64,000 nucleotides of DNA from an uncultured Flavobacteriaceae bacterium (GCA_964385175.1 CAYLNL010000001.1:284593-348592); one strand, 5' to 3'. Shown: positions 1 to 9,094, numbered from the stretch's first letter. Translations and numbers: made by a program. Notes: generated by a model not told the origin, from the letters alone.

Positions 1-2
1 AA

Positions 3-515
3 ATAGGCTCTAACGAAAGTTCTATTTATCGCTATTTTGAAAACAAGCACAAATTGTTGTTATACCTTACTTCCTGGTATTGGGGTTGGCTGGAGTACAA
101 GTTGGTTTTCGCCACCAACAGCCTTACCGATGCCTGGGAAAAGGTATTGGTAGCGGTAGAAATTACAACGGCTACTACAGAAGACGATTTGAATTTTGAG
201 CATGTGGATGAGCGCATTTTAAGCCGAATTGTGATTTCTGAATTTTCAAAATCGTACCTAACCAAAGAAGTGGACAAGGAAAACAAAGAGGGGTACTATA
301 CCATTTACAAACGCATTGTTACCCGCATGAGCGAAATGTTTTTAGCGGTAAACCCGGATTACCAATATGCTAAAAGCCTTGCCTCAACCGTTTTAGAAGG
401 AGCGCTCCACCAGCACTACCTGCGGGAGCACTTTACCTCTATAACCAACTGTAACGAAACGATTACGCCCACGGCTTTCTTTAAAGACCTCGTAACTAAC
501 GCTCTAAAACCCTAA
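3..515 (+). CDS. TetR/AcrR-family transcriptional regulator (5' end lies outside the window)
   Basis: The frame is open from the window edge. The translation IGSNESSIYRYFENKHKLLLYL looks like the end of a TetR HTH followed by a helical ligand domain. It sits directly upstream of the efflux operon. Confidence 0.75.
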   Translation: MGSNESSIYRYFENKHKLLLYLTSWYWGWLEYKLVFATNSLTDAWEKVLVAVEITTATTEDDLNFEHVDERILSRIVISEFSKSYLTKEVDKENKEGYYTIYKRIVTRMSEMFLAVNPDYQYAKSLASTVLEGALHQHYLREHFTSITNCNETITPTAFFKDLVTNALKP

Positions 516-519
516 GCCC

Positions 520-2190
520 ATGACCCGGCCCATACTAACCGCCTGGCAACGATTGGTGAACTTACTGTCTTTAGACAAAAAAGACATTTTACAGGTAGGT
601 TATTACGCCATTTTTGCGGGTATCGTAAACTTATCGCTTCCGTTAGGCATACAGGCCATCATTAACCTTATCCAGGGCGCCCAGATAAGCACTTCCTGGG
701 TTGTATTGGTTATCCTGGTAACCCTTGGGGTAGCGTTTGCAGGGGCTTTACAGTTTATGCAGCTGCGCATTATAGAAAACCTGCAGCAAAAAATATTTAC
801 CCGCGCTTCCTTTGAGTTTGTCTATCGGTTCCCGAAAATAAAAATGAGCGAATTGCGCAATTACTACCCGCCCGAGCTTGCCAACCGCTTTTTCGATACG
901 CTTACCATCCAGAAAGGAGTCGCCAAGCTGCTGTTAGATTTCCCGGCAGCGCTCCTGCAAATTATTTTAGGCTTACTGCTGCTTTCCTTTTATCATTCTT
1001 TCTTTATCTTTTACGGCATTTTGCTCATAGCCCTCATTTACATCCTCTTTAAGTACACCGCCCCAAAAGGGTTACAAACCAGCCTGGCAGAGTCGAAAAG
1101 CAAATACAAAGTAGCCCATTGGATACAGGAAATAGCCCGCACCGTCATCAGCTTTAAAAGTTCCGGGAATACCTCGCACGCCCTCGATAAAAATGATGCA
1201 TTGGTATCAAACTATATAGACGCCCGGGAAAGTCACTTTAAAATCTTAGCCTTCCAGTTTTTGCAACTCATCGGGTTTAAGGTATTGGTTACCGCCGGCC
1301 TGTTGCTGATAGGAGGCGTATTGGTACTGGAACAAAAAATGAATATCGGGCAATTTGTAGCCGCAGAAATCATTATCCTGCTAATCATTAGCTCCGTTGA
1401 AAAACTAATCCTCAGCTTAGAAGCCTTTTACGACGTGCTTACGTCCTTAGAAAAATTAGGGCAGGTGGTAGATAAGGAATTGGAGTCTCAGCAGGGCGAA
1501 ATGCCTTTTTCTAAACACGGGGAGATAACGGTGGAATTGAAAGAAATAACCTATTCCATCCCGGAAACCTCCCGGAAAATTATCCACAACCTGTCTTTAA
1601 CCATTCCGCCCCACAGTCGTATTTTGCTGCAGGGCGAAAACGGGTCCGGCAAATCTACCCTGTTGCAACTCATAGCCGGCCTCATCGTCCCCCATTCAGG
1701 AAGCATCTACATCAACCATTCCAACCTCCTGGGCATTCCACTCAACCACTACCGGGCTCACATAGGGCAGGTGTTGTCCGAAGAATCTCCCTTTGAAGGA
1801 ACGCTTTTAGACAACCTCACCTTTGGAGACACTGCTATTTCTCCCGAAGAAATTCAATGGGCGCTCGAAAAAAGCGGGCTGCAAACCTTTGTAAAAGAAC
1901 AGCCCCTGGGGCTGCACACCATGCTGTATCCCGAAGGCAGGCAGCTACCTTACACCATCTCCAGGAAAATACTATTGGCGCGCAGCATCTTGCGAAAACC
2001 CAAACTCCTCCTCCTGAAAGAACCGCTTTACCAGTTTGAGGAAGCGGAGGCGGAGCGGATTATGGATTTCCTTGCCCATCCCTCCCAGCCCTGGTCGCTC
2101 GTTGTAGCCAGCCAGGATCCCCGCTGGGCTGCCCGGTGCCAAACCATCCTGCGTCTAAAAGACGGAGCTTTATTGTCCCCCGAAACCTAA
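520..2190 (+). CDS. ABC exporter half-transporter (6-TM domain plus NBD) with degenerate catalytic motifs
   Basis: N-terminal hydrophobic exporter domain. Walker A is GENGSGKST, but the signature, Walker B, Q-loop and H-loop positions are non-canonical (see finding). In an operon with HlyD-like and TolC-like genes. Confidence 0.85.
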   Translation: MTRPILTAWQRLVNLLSLDKKDILQVGYYAIFAGIVNLSLPLGIQAIINLIQGAQISTSWVVLVILVTLGVAFAGALQFMQLRIIENLQQKIFTRASFEFVYRFPKIKMSELRNYYPPELANRFFDTLTIQKGVAKLLLDFPAALLQIILGLLLLSFYHSFFIFYGILLIALIYILFKYTAPKGLQTSLAESKSKYKVAHWIQEIARTVISFKSSGNTSHALDKNDALVSNYIDARESHFKILAFQFLQLIGFKVLVTAGLLLIGGVLVLEQKMNIGQFVAAEIIILLIISSVEKLILSLEAFYDVLTSLEKLGQVVDKELESQQGEMPFSKHGEITVELKEITYSIPETSRKIIHNLSLTIPPHSRILLQGENGSGKSTLLQLIAGLIVPHSGSIYINHSNLLGIPLNHYRAHIGQVLSEESPFEGTLLDNLTFGDTAISPEEIQWALEKSGLQTFVKEQPLGLHTMLYPEGRQLPYTISRKILLARSILRKPKLLLLKEPLYQFEEAEAERIMDFLAHPSQPWSLVVASQDPRWAARCQTILRLKDGALLSPET

Positions 2191-2203
2191 ACGTTACAAA
2201 CCC

Positions 2204-3559
2204 ATGCTCAATATCACCAATTATAAACTCAACAAAGAAGTATCACTGGCCGGCTACCGCTCTATGCAGAAGGTGGCGCGCCGGGGGCACTACAAAAAGC
2301 TCAACCGGTTTTTGTGGGTATTCTTCTTCATAGGGATTTTAACGCTTTTTTTGCCCTGGACACAGACCATTTCGGGGCGGGGCTTTCTCACCACGCTCAA
2401 GCCCGACCAGCGACCGCAAACCATTCAATCTGCCATAGCCGGCAGGATAGAGCGGTGGTATGTGCGTGAGGGAGACTTTGTAAAAAAAGGAGATACTATT
2501 TTGCACATTTCCGAAATAAAAGCCGAGTATTTAGACCCCGATTTATTAGGCAGAACCCAACAGCAGGTAAAAGCCAAAGAACTTACCGTAACCGCTTATT
2601 CTGAAAAGGTAAAGGCGCTGGAAAATCAAATTGCGGCTTTGCAGAGCGAGCAGCGGTTAAAACTGCAACAGGCGCGCAACAAACTCATCCAGGCAAAGCT
2701 AAAGGCGCAGAGCGACAGTATTGATTTTGAAGCTGCCAAAACCAACCTTTCTATAGCCGAGCGCCAGTATGCGCGCACGCAGCAACTGCAGGCGGAGGGA
2801 TTAAAAGCGGTTACCGATGTGGAAGAGAAACGCCTGAAACTACAGGAAACCCAGGCTTCCATAATTGCCCGGGAAAACACACTCCTGGCAAGCAAAAACG
2901 AGATTTTGAATGCCCGCGTGGAAATTACCCGAACCCAGGCCGAGTATGCAGATAAGATAGCCAAAGCGCAGAGCGACCGGTACACGGCGCTGTCTGACCA
3001 ATATAACTCAGATGCCGCACTTACCAAACTACAAAATGAGTTTACCAATTACGAAATCCGCAACCAGCTCTATTATGTTACCGCTCCCCAGGATGGCTAC
3101 ATCAATAAAGCGCTCCAGTCTGGCATAGGCGAAACGTTCAAAGAAGGCATTCCTTTGGTGGGTATTATGCCTGCCAACTACGAGCCGGCGGTAGAGACTT
3201 TTGTGGCGCCCATAGACCTGCCGCTCATTCACGTGGGAGAAAGGGTGCGGGTACAGTTCGACGGCTGGCCTGCCATTGTCTTCAGCGGCTGGCCCAACGT
3301 ATCGTATGGCACCTACGGCGGCATTGTGGTAGCGGTGGAAACCTTTATCAGCGATAATGGAAAATTCCGTGTTCTCATAGCGCCCGACCCTAACGACCAT
3401 CCCTGGCCCAAAGCCATCCGCGTAGGCTCCGGGGCGTACACCATGGCGCTCTTAGACAATGTGCCGATATGGTTTGAACTGTGGCGGAGACTCAACGGGT
3501 TCCCGCCCAACTACTACCAATCTGCCCAGGCTGCAACCAACCATTCTGCTACCAAATGA
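2204..3559 (+). CDS. HlyD-family membrane fusion (periplasmic adaptor) protein
   Basis: N-terminal TM helix, a long coiled-coil region (QQVKAKEL...LQAEGLKAV) and a C-terminal beta-barrel-like region. Sits between the ABC and TolC-like genes. Confidence 0.85.
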   Translation: MLNITNYKLNKEVSLAGYRSMQKVARRGHYKKLNRFLWVFFFIGILTLFLPWTQTISGRGFLTTLKPDQRPQTIQSAIAGRIERWYVREGDFVKKGDTILHISEIKAEYLDPDLLGRTQQQVKAKELTVTAYSEKVKALENQIAALQSEQRLKLQQARNKLIQAKLKAQSDSIDFEAAKTNLSIAERQYARTQQLQAEGLKAVTDVEEKRLKLQETQASIIARENTLLASKNEILNARVEITRTQAEYADKIAKAQSDRYTALSDQYNSDAALTKLQNEFTNYEIRNQLYYVTAPQDGYINKALQSGIGETFKEGIPLVGIMPANYEPAVETFVAPIDLPLIHVGERVRVQFDGWPAIVFSGWPNVSYGTYGGIVVAVETFISDNGKFRVLIAPDPNDHPWPKAIRVGSGAYTMALLDNVPIWFELWRRLNGFPPNYYQSAQAATNHSATK

Positions 3560-4965
3560 AAAAACCGTGTATCTTTTTCCTCGTCTTTTTTTCAGCCGCT
3601 CTGCAGGCGCAGGATTCCACGGCGTTCGCTAACCGGGTTATGACGTTGAGCGAATACCTGGGCTTTGTGAAAAAACACCATCCCGTGGTAAAACAGGCTC
3701 ATTTAGAGGTGAGCAAGGCGCAGGCAGAGTTGATGAGCGCCCGCGGCGGGTTCGATCCCAATATAGAAATAGATTACGACCGGAAAAAATTCGCCGCGTC
3801 TGAATACTACGACCTGCTCAATGCCAACTTTACCATTCCTACATGGTTTGGCATAGAAGTAAAGGCGGGGTATGAACTGGCGGACGGCGCTTTCCTGAAT
3901 CCTCAAAATACCCTGCCGGAAAACGGGTTGTATAGCGCCGGTATTTCCCTGCCGCTGGGGCAGGGGCTTTTTATAAACCAGCGCATGGCTACTTTGCAGC
4001 AGGCGAAGGTATTTTTAGACCAATCCGAAGCCGAGCGCCAACTCCAGGTAAACCAAATTCTTTTTGAAGCTGCCATGGCGTACTTTCAGTGGTACCAAAC
4101 CTACCACCAGCAAAAACTCTACCGGCACTTTCTCCAAAACGCCCGCATTCGTTTCAATGGCATTCAACAGCAGGTGTTGCAGGGCGATAAAGCTGCCATA
4201 GACAGCGTGGAGGCGGGTATTATTGTAAACAGCCGGAAAGTAGGGTTGCAACAGGCCAACATAGACTATTTAAAAAAATCGCTGGAATTAGCCAATTTTT
4301 TGTGGATAGGTAACGGAATTCCGCTGGAGTTGCAACCTACGGTAACTCCCGATACGTTGCTGTTGGAACGCCTGGACGAAACGTTGCGGCTAAACCAGAT
4401 TGTGCCCTCTGATTTTTCAGTGGAAAACCATCCCAAAATCCGCTCTTTGCAATATAAAATAGACGCTTTAACCATAGAACGAAGGTTAAAAGCCGAGTTG
4501 TTGAAGCCCCGCTTAGACCTGCACTATAATTTTATTACCAGCGATGCCGAACAGCTAAACACTATTAATACGGGCGATTATAAATTGGGGGTTCGTTTTC
4601 GCTTCCCGCTGTTTTTAAGGAAAGAGCGTGGTAATTTGCTCCTGGCGCGCTATAAACTGCAAGATGCTGAATACCAGTTCCTCCTGGAAAAAGTAACGTT
4701 GCTGAACCGGGTAGAAGCCAACCGAAATGAAGTGGAGAATTACACCGGGCAACTCCGGCTCATAGAAAGCGTAGTGGAGAGCTACCAACAACTTCTCCAG
4801 GCCGAAGAGCGCAGGTTTTACTTAGGCGAAAGTTCCGTGTTTCTCATCAACTCCCGCGAGCAGGGTTATATAGACGCCCGCCTGAAGCAGATAGACCTCT
4901 ACACAAAATTCTTCGCCGCCCAGGCTCAGCTTTTCCGCACACTTGCTTTAGAATTAGAGGAGTAA
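3556..4965 (+). CDS. TolC-family outer membrane efflux protein
   Basis: The ATG at 3556 gives the signal peptide MKKPCIFFLVFFSAALQAQ and overlaps the HlyD stop (ATGA). The repeated helical halves are typical of the OEP family. The upstream extension to 3481 in the ORF track is not needed. Confidence 0.85.
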   Translation: MKKPCIFFLVFFSAALQAQDSTAFANRVMTLSEYLGFVKKHHPVVKQAHLEVSKAQAELMSARGGFDPNIEIDYDRKKFAASEYYDLLNANFTIPTWFGIEVKAGYELADGAFLNPQNTLPENGLYSAGISLPLGQGLFINQRMATLQQAKVFLDQSEAERQLQVNQILFEAAMAYFQWYQTYHQQKLYRHFLQNARIRFNGIQQQVLQGDKAAIDSVEAGIIVNSRKVGLQQANIDYLKKSLELANFLWIGNGIPLELQPTVTPDTLLLERLDETLRLNQIVPSDFSVENHPKIRSLQYKIDALTIERRLKAELLKPRLDLHYNFITSDAEQLNTINTGDYKLGVRFRFPLFLRKERGNLLLARYKLQDAEYQFLLEKVTLLNRVEANRNEVENYTGQLRLIESVVESYQQLLQAEERRFYLGESSVFLINSREQGYIDARLKQIDLYTKFFAAQAQLFRTLALELEE

Positions 4966-4980
4966 ACCGCCGCAGAATTT

Positions 4981-5135
4981 CCCCTGCTCCCGAAGTCTCC
5001 CGACTTCGGAACCCTCGTGTACCCGCTCCCGCGCAGGCGCGTGCCTGTATGTGCGCGGGTACGGGCACGAGCGTGACGCGTGCGCCGGTGAGAGTGAGGG
5101 AGTGGTACGAGCCAGAAGGCTCACACCGGCGAGAG
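4981..5135 (+). repeat. GC-rich mosaic hairpin repeat, copy A (modules M1-M2-M3-M5)
   Basis: M1 is CCGAAGTC-TCCC-GACTTCGG (4990-5009). M2 is CCCGCGCA..TGCGCGGG. M3 is CACGAGCGTGACGC. M5 is GTACGAGCC-AGAA-GGCTC. The same modules recur at eight or more other gaps. Confidence 0.9.
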
Positions 5136-5284
5136 GAATGTTTATTCCTGCTGTACCTTCGTGAAGCCGGACAAAATATTAGCGGCAAGCCACTGTCTGT
5201 GACAGCACTCACTTTTGGAATTTTAAGAAAAACACTTAAATTCATACATTTGCAACCTATAAGAATACACAACTATCAAGACAG

Positions 5285-6517
5285 ATGAGTAAAATAAAAA
5301 TAAAAAATTTTGGGCCGATTAAAGGCGGATTGGGTGATGATTGGATTGATATCAAGAAAGTGACTGTTTTAATAGGGAATCAAGGAAGCGGGAAAAGTAC
5401 TGTTGCAAAATTGATTTCAACTTTCTCTTGGATTGAAAAAGCTCTATACAAGCAAGGGATTAAGAAAGAAGATGTCAAAAGAAAATCTAAATTTGAAAAC
5501 TATTATTGTGAATACCAAAACTTAAAAAACTATTTTAAAAATGACAGTGAGATTGAATTTGAAGGAGATAGTTTTAAGTTCACTTATAAAAGGGGAAGAT
5601 TGTCAATAGACGAAACAAAGGGTGGGAAGTATTTAGTTCCCAAAATAATGTATGTACCAGCAGAAAGAAACTTTGTCAGTGCTGTTTCTCAACCAGAAAA
5701 ACTTAAATATTTACCCAAGACGTTATACACTTTCTTGGAAGAATACGAACGTTCTAAGGAGGAACTTTCTGATAATTTAGATATTCCAATCAATAATCTA
5801 AAATTTCAACACGATAATAGAAAAGGAGAGTCTAAGATAATAGGAGAAGATTATGATTTGCTTTTATACCAAGCTTCAAGTGGTTTACAATCTGCAATTC
5901 CTCTTTTTTTAGTATCTAAAAATCTGAGTGAAGGCATTGATAGAGCATCCGACAATTCTAAAAGCAAAATAAGTTTGGAAGAAATGCAAAAACTTAGAGA
6001 TAGAATTTTAATGATATTAAGAAATGAAAAGCTAACTGACGATTTGATGAGAAGTCAGGCTGTTGAATTGCTTTCTTCCATTACTAAAAATGATTGTTTT
6101 ATTAATATTGTTGAAGAGCCAGAGCAAAACTTGTTTCCTTTGTCGCAATGGGAAATGCTGAAAAAGCTTCTGGAGTTCAGTAATTTCAATCAGGGGAACA
6201 AATTAATAATGACTACCCATAGCCCCTATTTAATAAACTATATCAGTATTGCAATCCAAGCTGAATATTTGAAAAACAAGATTGAAGAAAATATCAATGC
6301 CACTGTTTTAATCAATAAAATCGAAAAAATCATCTCTCAAAAAGCGCTTGTTTCCGCTTCTGATGTTGTTGTTTATCAGCTTGACGAAACAAATGGAATA
6401 ATTAAAAAATTGCCAACAACAGAGGGGATACCTTCAGATAATAACTATTTAAATGAATCACTACGACATTGCAACGAAATGTTTGATAATCTTTTAGAGA
6501 TAGAACAGGAATTATGA
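5285..6517 (+). CDS. ABC/SMC-like AAA ATPase (AAA_15/AAA_21-type), defence-type
   Basis: Walker A GNQGSGKST, signature-like QASSGLQS, Walker B CFINIVEEPEQNLFP, H-loop MTTHSPY. AT-rich. Its stop overlaps the start of the next ORF (ATGA). Confidence 0.8.
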   Translation: MSKIKIKNFGPIKGGLGDDWIDIKKVTVLIGNQGSGKSTVAKLISTFSWIEKALYKQGIKKEDVKRKSKFENYYCEYQNLKNYFKNDSEIEFEGDSFKFTYKRGRLSIDETKGGKYLVPKIMYVPAERNFVSAVSQPEKLKYLPKTLYTFLEEYERSKEELSDNLDIPINNLKFQHDNRKGESKIIGEDYDLLLYQASSGLQSAIPLFLVSKNLSEGIDRASDNSKSKISLEEMQKLRDRILMILRNEKLTDDLMRSQAVELLSSITKNDCFINIVEEPEQNLFPLSQWEMLKKLLEFSNFNQGNKLIMTTHSPYLINYISIAIQAEYLKNKIEENINATVLINKIEKIISQKALVSASDVVVYQLDETNGIIKKLPTTEGIPSDNNYLNESLRHCNEMFDNLLEIEQEL

Positions 6518-7014
6518 GTTTGAATTTTTTCAAGGCCGATTGCCAGTATCAACCTATTACGTCAGCTATATTCGGCCTATGTGACAATCAAGATGATACA
6601 AAGGCCTTTCCTGATACAGATGTTGCAAATCAAGAATCACAATGGATAGCCATAGTTAAAAACGAGAAAAAATTTTCAGTGGTATTTACTGCTATTGACA
6701 AATGTGTTTTACAAAATAATGAGGAGGTGGGTAAAGGTAGGTGTGATGGAATGCTTACAACTTGTAATCACTTATATTTAGTTGAACTTAAGAATCAGAA
6801 GGAAGATTGGCAAACTGATGCAAAGAATCAGCTCCTTTCTACAATTGATTTACTAATAGCGAACCACGACATAACCCGGTACAAAAAGAAAAAAGCCTTT
6901 GCTTGTAACAAACGAAGAAAAAAGTTTGCTGAGATAGACAACGAGGAGAATTTAATATTGTATAGAAAGACGGGGTTTAGAATTGATATTCAAGCAGAAA
7001 TTGTGGTTATTTAA
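6514..7014 (+). CDS. Small PD-(D/E)xK-like predicted nuclease, partner of the ATPase
   Basis: Motif RCDGML-x-LYLVELKNQK (D-x12-ExK) after beta-strand-like segments. Translationally coupled to 5285..6517. Confidence 0.55.
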   Translation: MSLNFFKADCQYQPITSAIFGLCDNQDDTKAFPDTDVANQESQWIAIVKNEKKFSVVFTAIDKCVLQNNEEVGKGRCDGMLTTCNHLYLVELKNQKEDWQTDAKNQLLSTIDLLIANHDITRYKKKKAFACNKRRKKFAEIDNEENLILYRKTGFRIDIQAEIVVI

Positions 7015-7027
7015 TATTAGGGACATA

Positions 7028-7136
7028 TCTCCCTGCCCCGTTCCCCGAAGTCTCCCGGTTTCGTAACTAAAACAAAAACCTCCCGCGCAGGCGCGCCTAT
7101 ATACGCGCGGGCGCAGGTGCACGAGCGTGACGCTCA
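7028..7136 (+). repeat. GC-rich mosaic hairpin repeat, copy B1 (M1-M2-M3)
   Basis: CCCGAAGTCTCCCGGTTTCG, then AAAACAAAAACC, then CCCGCGCAGGCGCG..CGCGCGGG, then CACGAGCGTGACGC. Confidence 0.9.
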
Positions 7137-7143
7137 CAAATAC

Positions 7144-7276
7144 CATCCCGCTCCCCGAAGTCTCCCGACTTCGGAACCTCGCGTACCCGCCCTCACGCGC
7201 AGGCGCGCGCCTGTACACGCGCGGGCGCAGATGCACGGACAAATACTACCCGAAAGGGATTGTGGGGTAGCGGGGA
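7144..7276 (+). repeat. GC-rich mosaic hairpin repeat, copy B2 (M1-M2-M6), in tandem with B1
   Basis: CCGAAGTCTCCCGACTTCGG, then CACGCGCAGGCGCGCGCCTGTACACGCGCGGG, then TACCCGAAAGGGATTGTGGGGTAGCGGGG. Confidence 0.9.
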
Positions 7277-7278
7277 CA

Positions 7279-7629
7279 TTATTTTTCTTTGTCAATTATC
7301 CGGTCAATCTGGATTTTGTTCCCTGGTAAATAATTGGTAGCTACATCCCAAATTATCTCATAATCAACTCCAAAATATTCATGTGAAACCCTGTTTCTCA
7401 AGTAGTACATTTCTTTCCATGGAATATCAGGATACTTTTCTTTTATCCTTTCATCTAAGTTTTTAGAGGCCTCACCTATTATTTCAAAATTCCTGATAAC
7501 TGCGTCAACTGTTTTATAATCCCTTTTGAAATGCTCGAAATCATATCCTTTGATATATTCAGCAATCCGACTCATCGCTGTTTGGATGTCATCAAGGAAC
7601 ATTCTGTGACTACGTTCTTCTTTTCTCAC
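7279..7629 (-). CDS. hepT: HepT-type HEPN (DUF86) RNase toxin
   Basis: Rx4H motif in YLRNRVSHEYF and a typical DUF86 N-terminus (FLDDIQTAMSRIAEYI). Directly downstream of the MNT gene. A GTG start lies at 7629 and an alternative ATG at 7602. Confidence 0.85.
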   Translation of the reverse strand: MRKEERSHRMFLDDIQTAMSRIAEYIKGYDFEHFKRDYKTVDAVIRNFEIIGEASKNLDERIKEKYPDIPWKEMYYLRNRVSHEYFGVDYEIIWDVATNYLPGNKIQIDRIIDKEK

Positions 7630-7630
7630 A

Positions 7631-7921
7631 TTATACGTATTTTACCTGATTTAAAATCCTATCCTTTATTTGTTCCTTTAATGCGTTTTTGGTCACTAAA
7701 TCAATCTTTCGCCCAAAAATATTCTCAAGATAAATTTCTAAGGAAAAATATTTCCATCCGATAGGTTTTTCAAATTCAACAAGTAAATCAATATCACTAT
7801 CATCTGTATTTGAATCATCAGAAAATGAACCAAATAGCCCAATCTGCTTAACAGCGTATTCCCGGTATAAAACTGGCTTTAAATCGCTCAACGTATTCAA
7901 TATGTCATTCCTGGTAATCAT
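7631..7921 (-). CDS. mntA: MNT-type nucleotidyltransferase antitoxin
   Basis: GLFGSFS...DSDIDLLVEF (GS-x-DxD polymerase-beta-type NTase motif). I take the ATG at 7921; the ORF track extends to a TTG at 7945. Confidence 0.85.
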   Translation of the reverse strand: MITRNDILNTLSDLKPVLYREYAVKQIGLFGSFSDDSNTDDSDIDLLVEFEKPIGWKYFSLEIYLENIFGRKIDLVTKNALKEQIKDRILNQVKYV

Positions 7922-8026
7922 AATCCAAATATATAACTTTTTCAAGTTACATAGGAATCTGTCTTTCTAAGCATGCCCTACAACTTGTTGATATGGCAAC
8001 TATACCCAAAACCTTTTACTTAACAT

Positions 8027-8187
8027 TCCCCCACTCCGCAAAGGCTCCCGGTTTCGGAACGAAAACAAAAACCGCTCGCGCGCAGGGGCGCCTGCGCGCA
8101 TGGGTACGCGCACGAGTGTGGCGCGGGCGCTGGTGAGAAGGAAATAATATCTTGCAAAGCCGGGAGACGTTGCGGGGCGGAGGGAGC
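8027..8187 (+). repeat. GC-rich mosaic hairpin repeat, copy C (M1-M2-M3-M4)
   Basis: CCGCAAAGGCTCCCGGTTTCGG..AAAACAAAAACC..CGCGCAGGGGCGCC..CACGAGTGTGGCGC..GAGAAGGAAATAATATCTTGCAAAGCCGGGAGACGTTGCGGGGCGG. Confidence 0.9.
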
Positions 8188-8215
8188 AAGAAAAAATATT
8201 TAGTTTAATCTTACG

Positions 8216-9094
8216 TTAGCGGTTGTGCTTCTGTTCCATCTGTGCGAATAAGTCAATGGCCTGCTCCAGAATTGTATGGTGGTGTCCGTTGCCATTCGCT
8301 TTTTTCTGTTGAATGAAGTCAAGGCGGTATTCGTTTTTAATTTTTCCGTGGTTGTCAAACCTGTCAAGTATCATTTTATAATATTCGGGGTGAAGTTCGC
8401 AACTGATAAAGTTCCTCTTTAAACTTTTGCAAAGCACCAATTCACTGCCACTGCCGCCAAACAAAATAAAACAGTCGTCATTTTCCTGTGTGCAAGATTT
8501 AATCAGCATCTCAACAAGTGGCAAAGGAATTTGGCAGGCATGAAAAGTTTTATCCTTGCTCACATTTTTTACAAGGTCAAAATAAAACCAACTGTAAGGC
8601 ATCCTACCTAAGTGTCCGTTTGCAATTCTACTTTGTATGCGTTTGTCTGTGGGGTTTTGATAAGGAACGGCAACATTGTCTTTGTAAAAATTATTCTTCT
8701 TTGATTTTGTTGCATGAAGAATGGAACGGTGTCCGGTGGTAAATCGTCTTGGGCTGTGTCCAACATTAGTATTGTAAACCCATACATAGTCCTGAACATC
8801 ATAGGCCACTTCATCTAAATACTTAACTCGCAAATGAGCATTCTGCTTCGGATAATTCATCATAAATAAATTACCTGTCGGCTTCAAAACTCTCATGCAT
8901 TCTTTTGTGAGTTGAATATACCAATCAATATACTCGTTCCATTTTGTGGTGTAGTTTTTCCCTGCGTAGTTAATGCCCACATTGTAGTCAGGGTCACCAT
9001 AAACCATATCCAAGCTACCATCGGGCAGTTTAGATAAAACCTTTAAAACATCTTCGTTGAAGACCTTGTTGCGGAATTTATTTAGTGTCTCCAT
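8216..9094 (-). CDS. DNA methyltransferase (beta-class N6-adenine or N4-cytosine)
   Basis: Motif IV variant GDPDYNVG lies near the N-terminus and motif I FGGSGSE near the C-terminus, which is the beta-class order. Confidence 0.8.
   Translation of the reverse strand: METLNKFRNKVFNEDVLKVLSKLPDGSLDMVYGDPDYNVGINYAGKNYTTKWNEYIDWYIQLTKECMRVLKPTGNLFMMNYPKQNAHLRVKYLDEVAYDVQDYVWVYNTNVGHSPRRFTTGHRSILHATKSKKNNFYKDNVAVPYQNPTDKRIQSRIANGHLGRMPYSWFYFDLVKNVSKDKTFHACQIPLPLVEMLIKSCTQENDDCFILFGGSGSELVLCKSLKRNFISCELHPEYYKMILDRFDNHGKIKNEYRLDFIQQKKANGNGHHHTILEQAIDLFAQMEQKHNR

Noticed and set aside
3481-3555. N-terminal extension of the TolC-like ORF
   Set aside because: It overlaps the HlyD 3' end by 79 nt. The ATG at 3556 gives a canonical signal peptide and an ATGA stop-start overlap.
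4847-5288. ORFs 4847..5272(-) and 5049..5288(+), rich in Arg/Ala/Gly/Pro
   Set aside because: They lie entirely within GC-rich repeat copy A. Equivalent ORFs appear over every repeat copy (6952..7242, 7117..7329, 14791..15190, 19340..19758, 20180..20717, 22282..22747), so they are artefacts of repeat composition.
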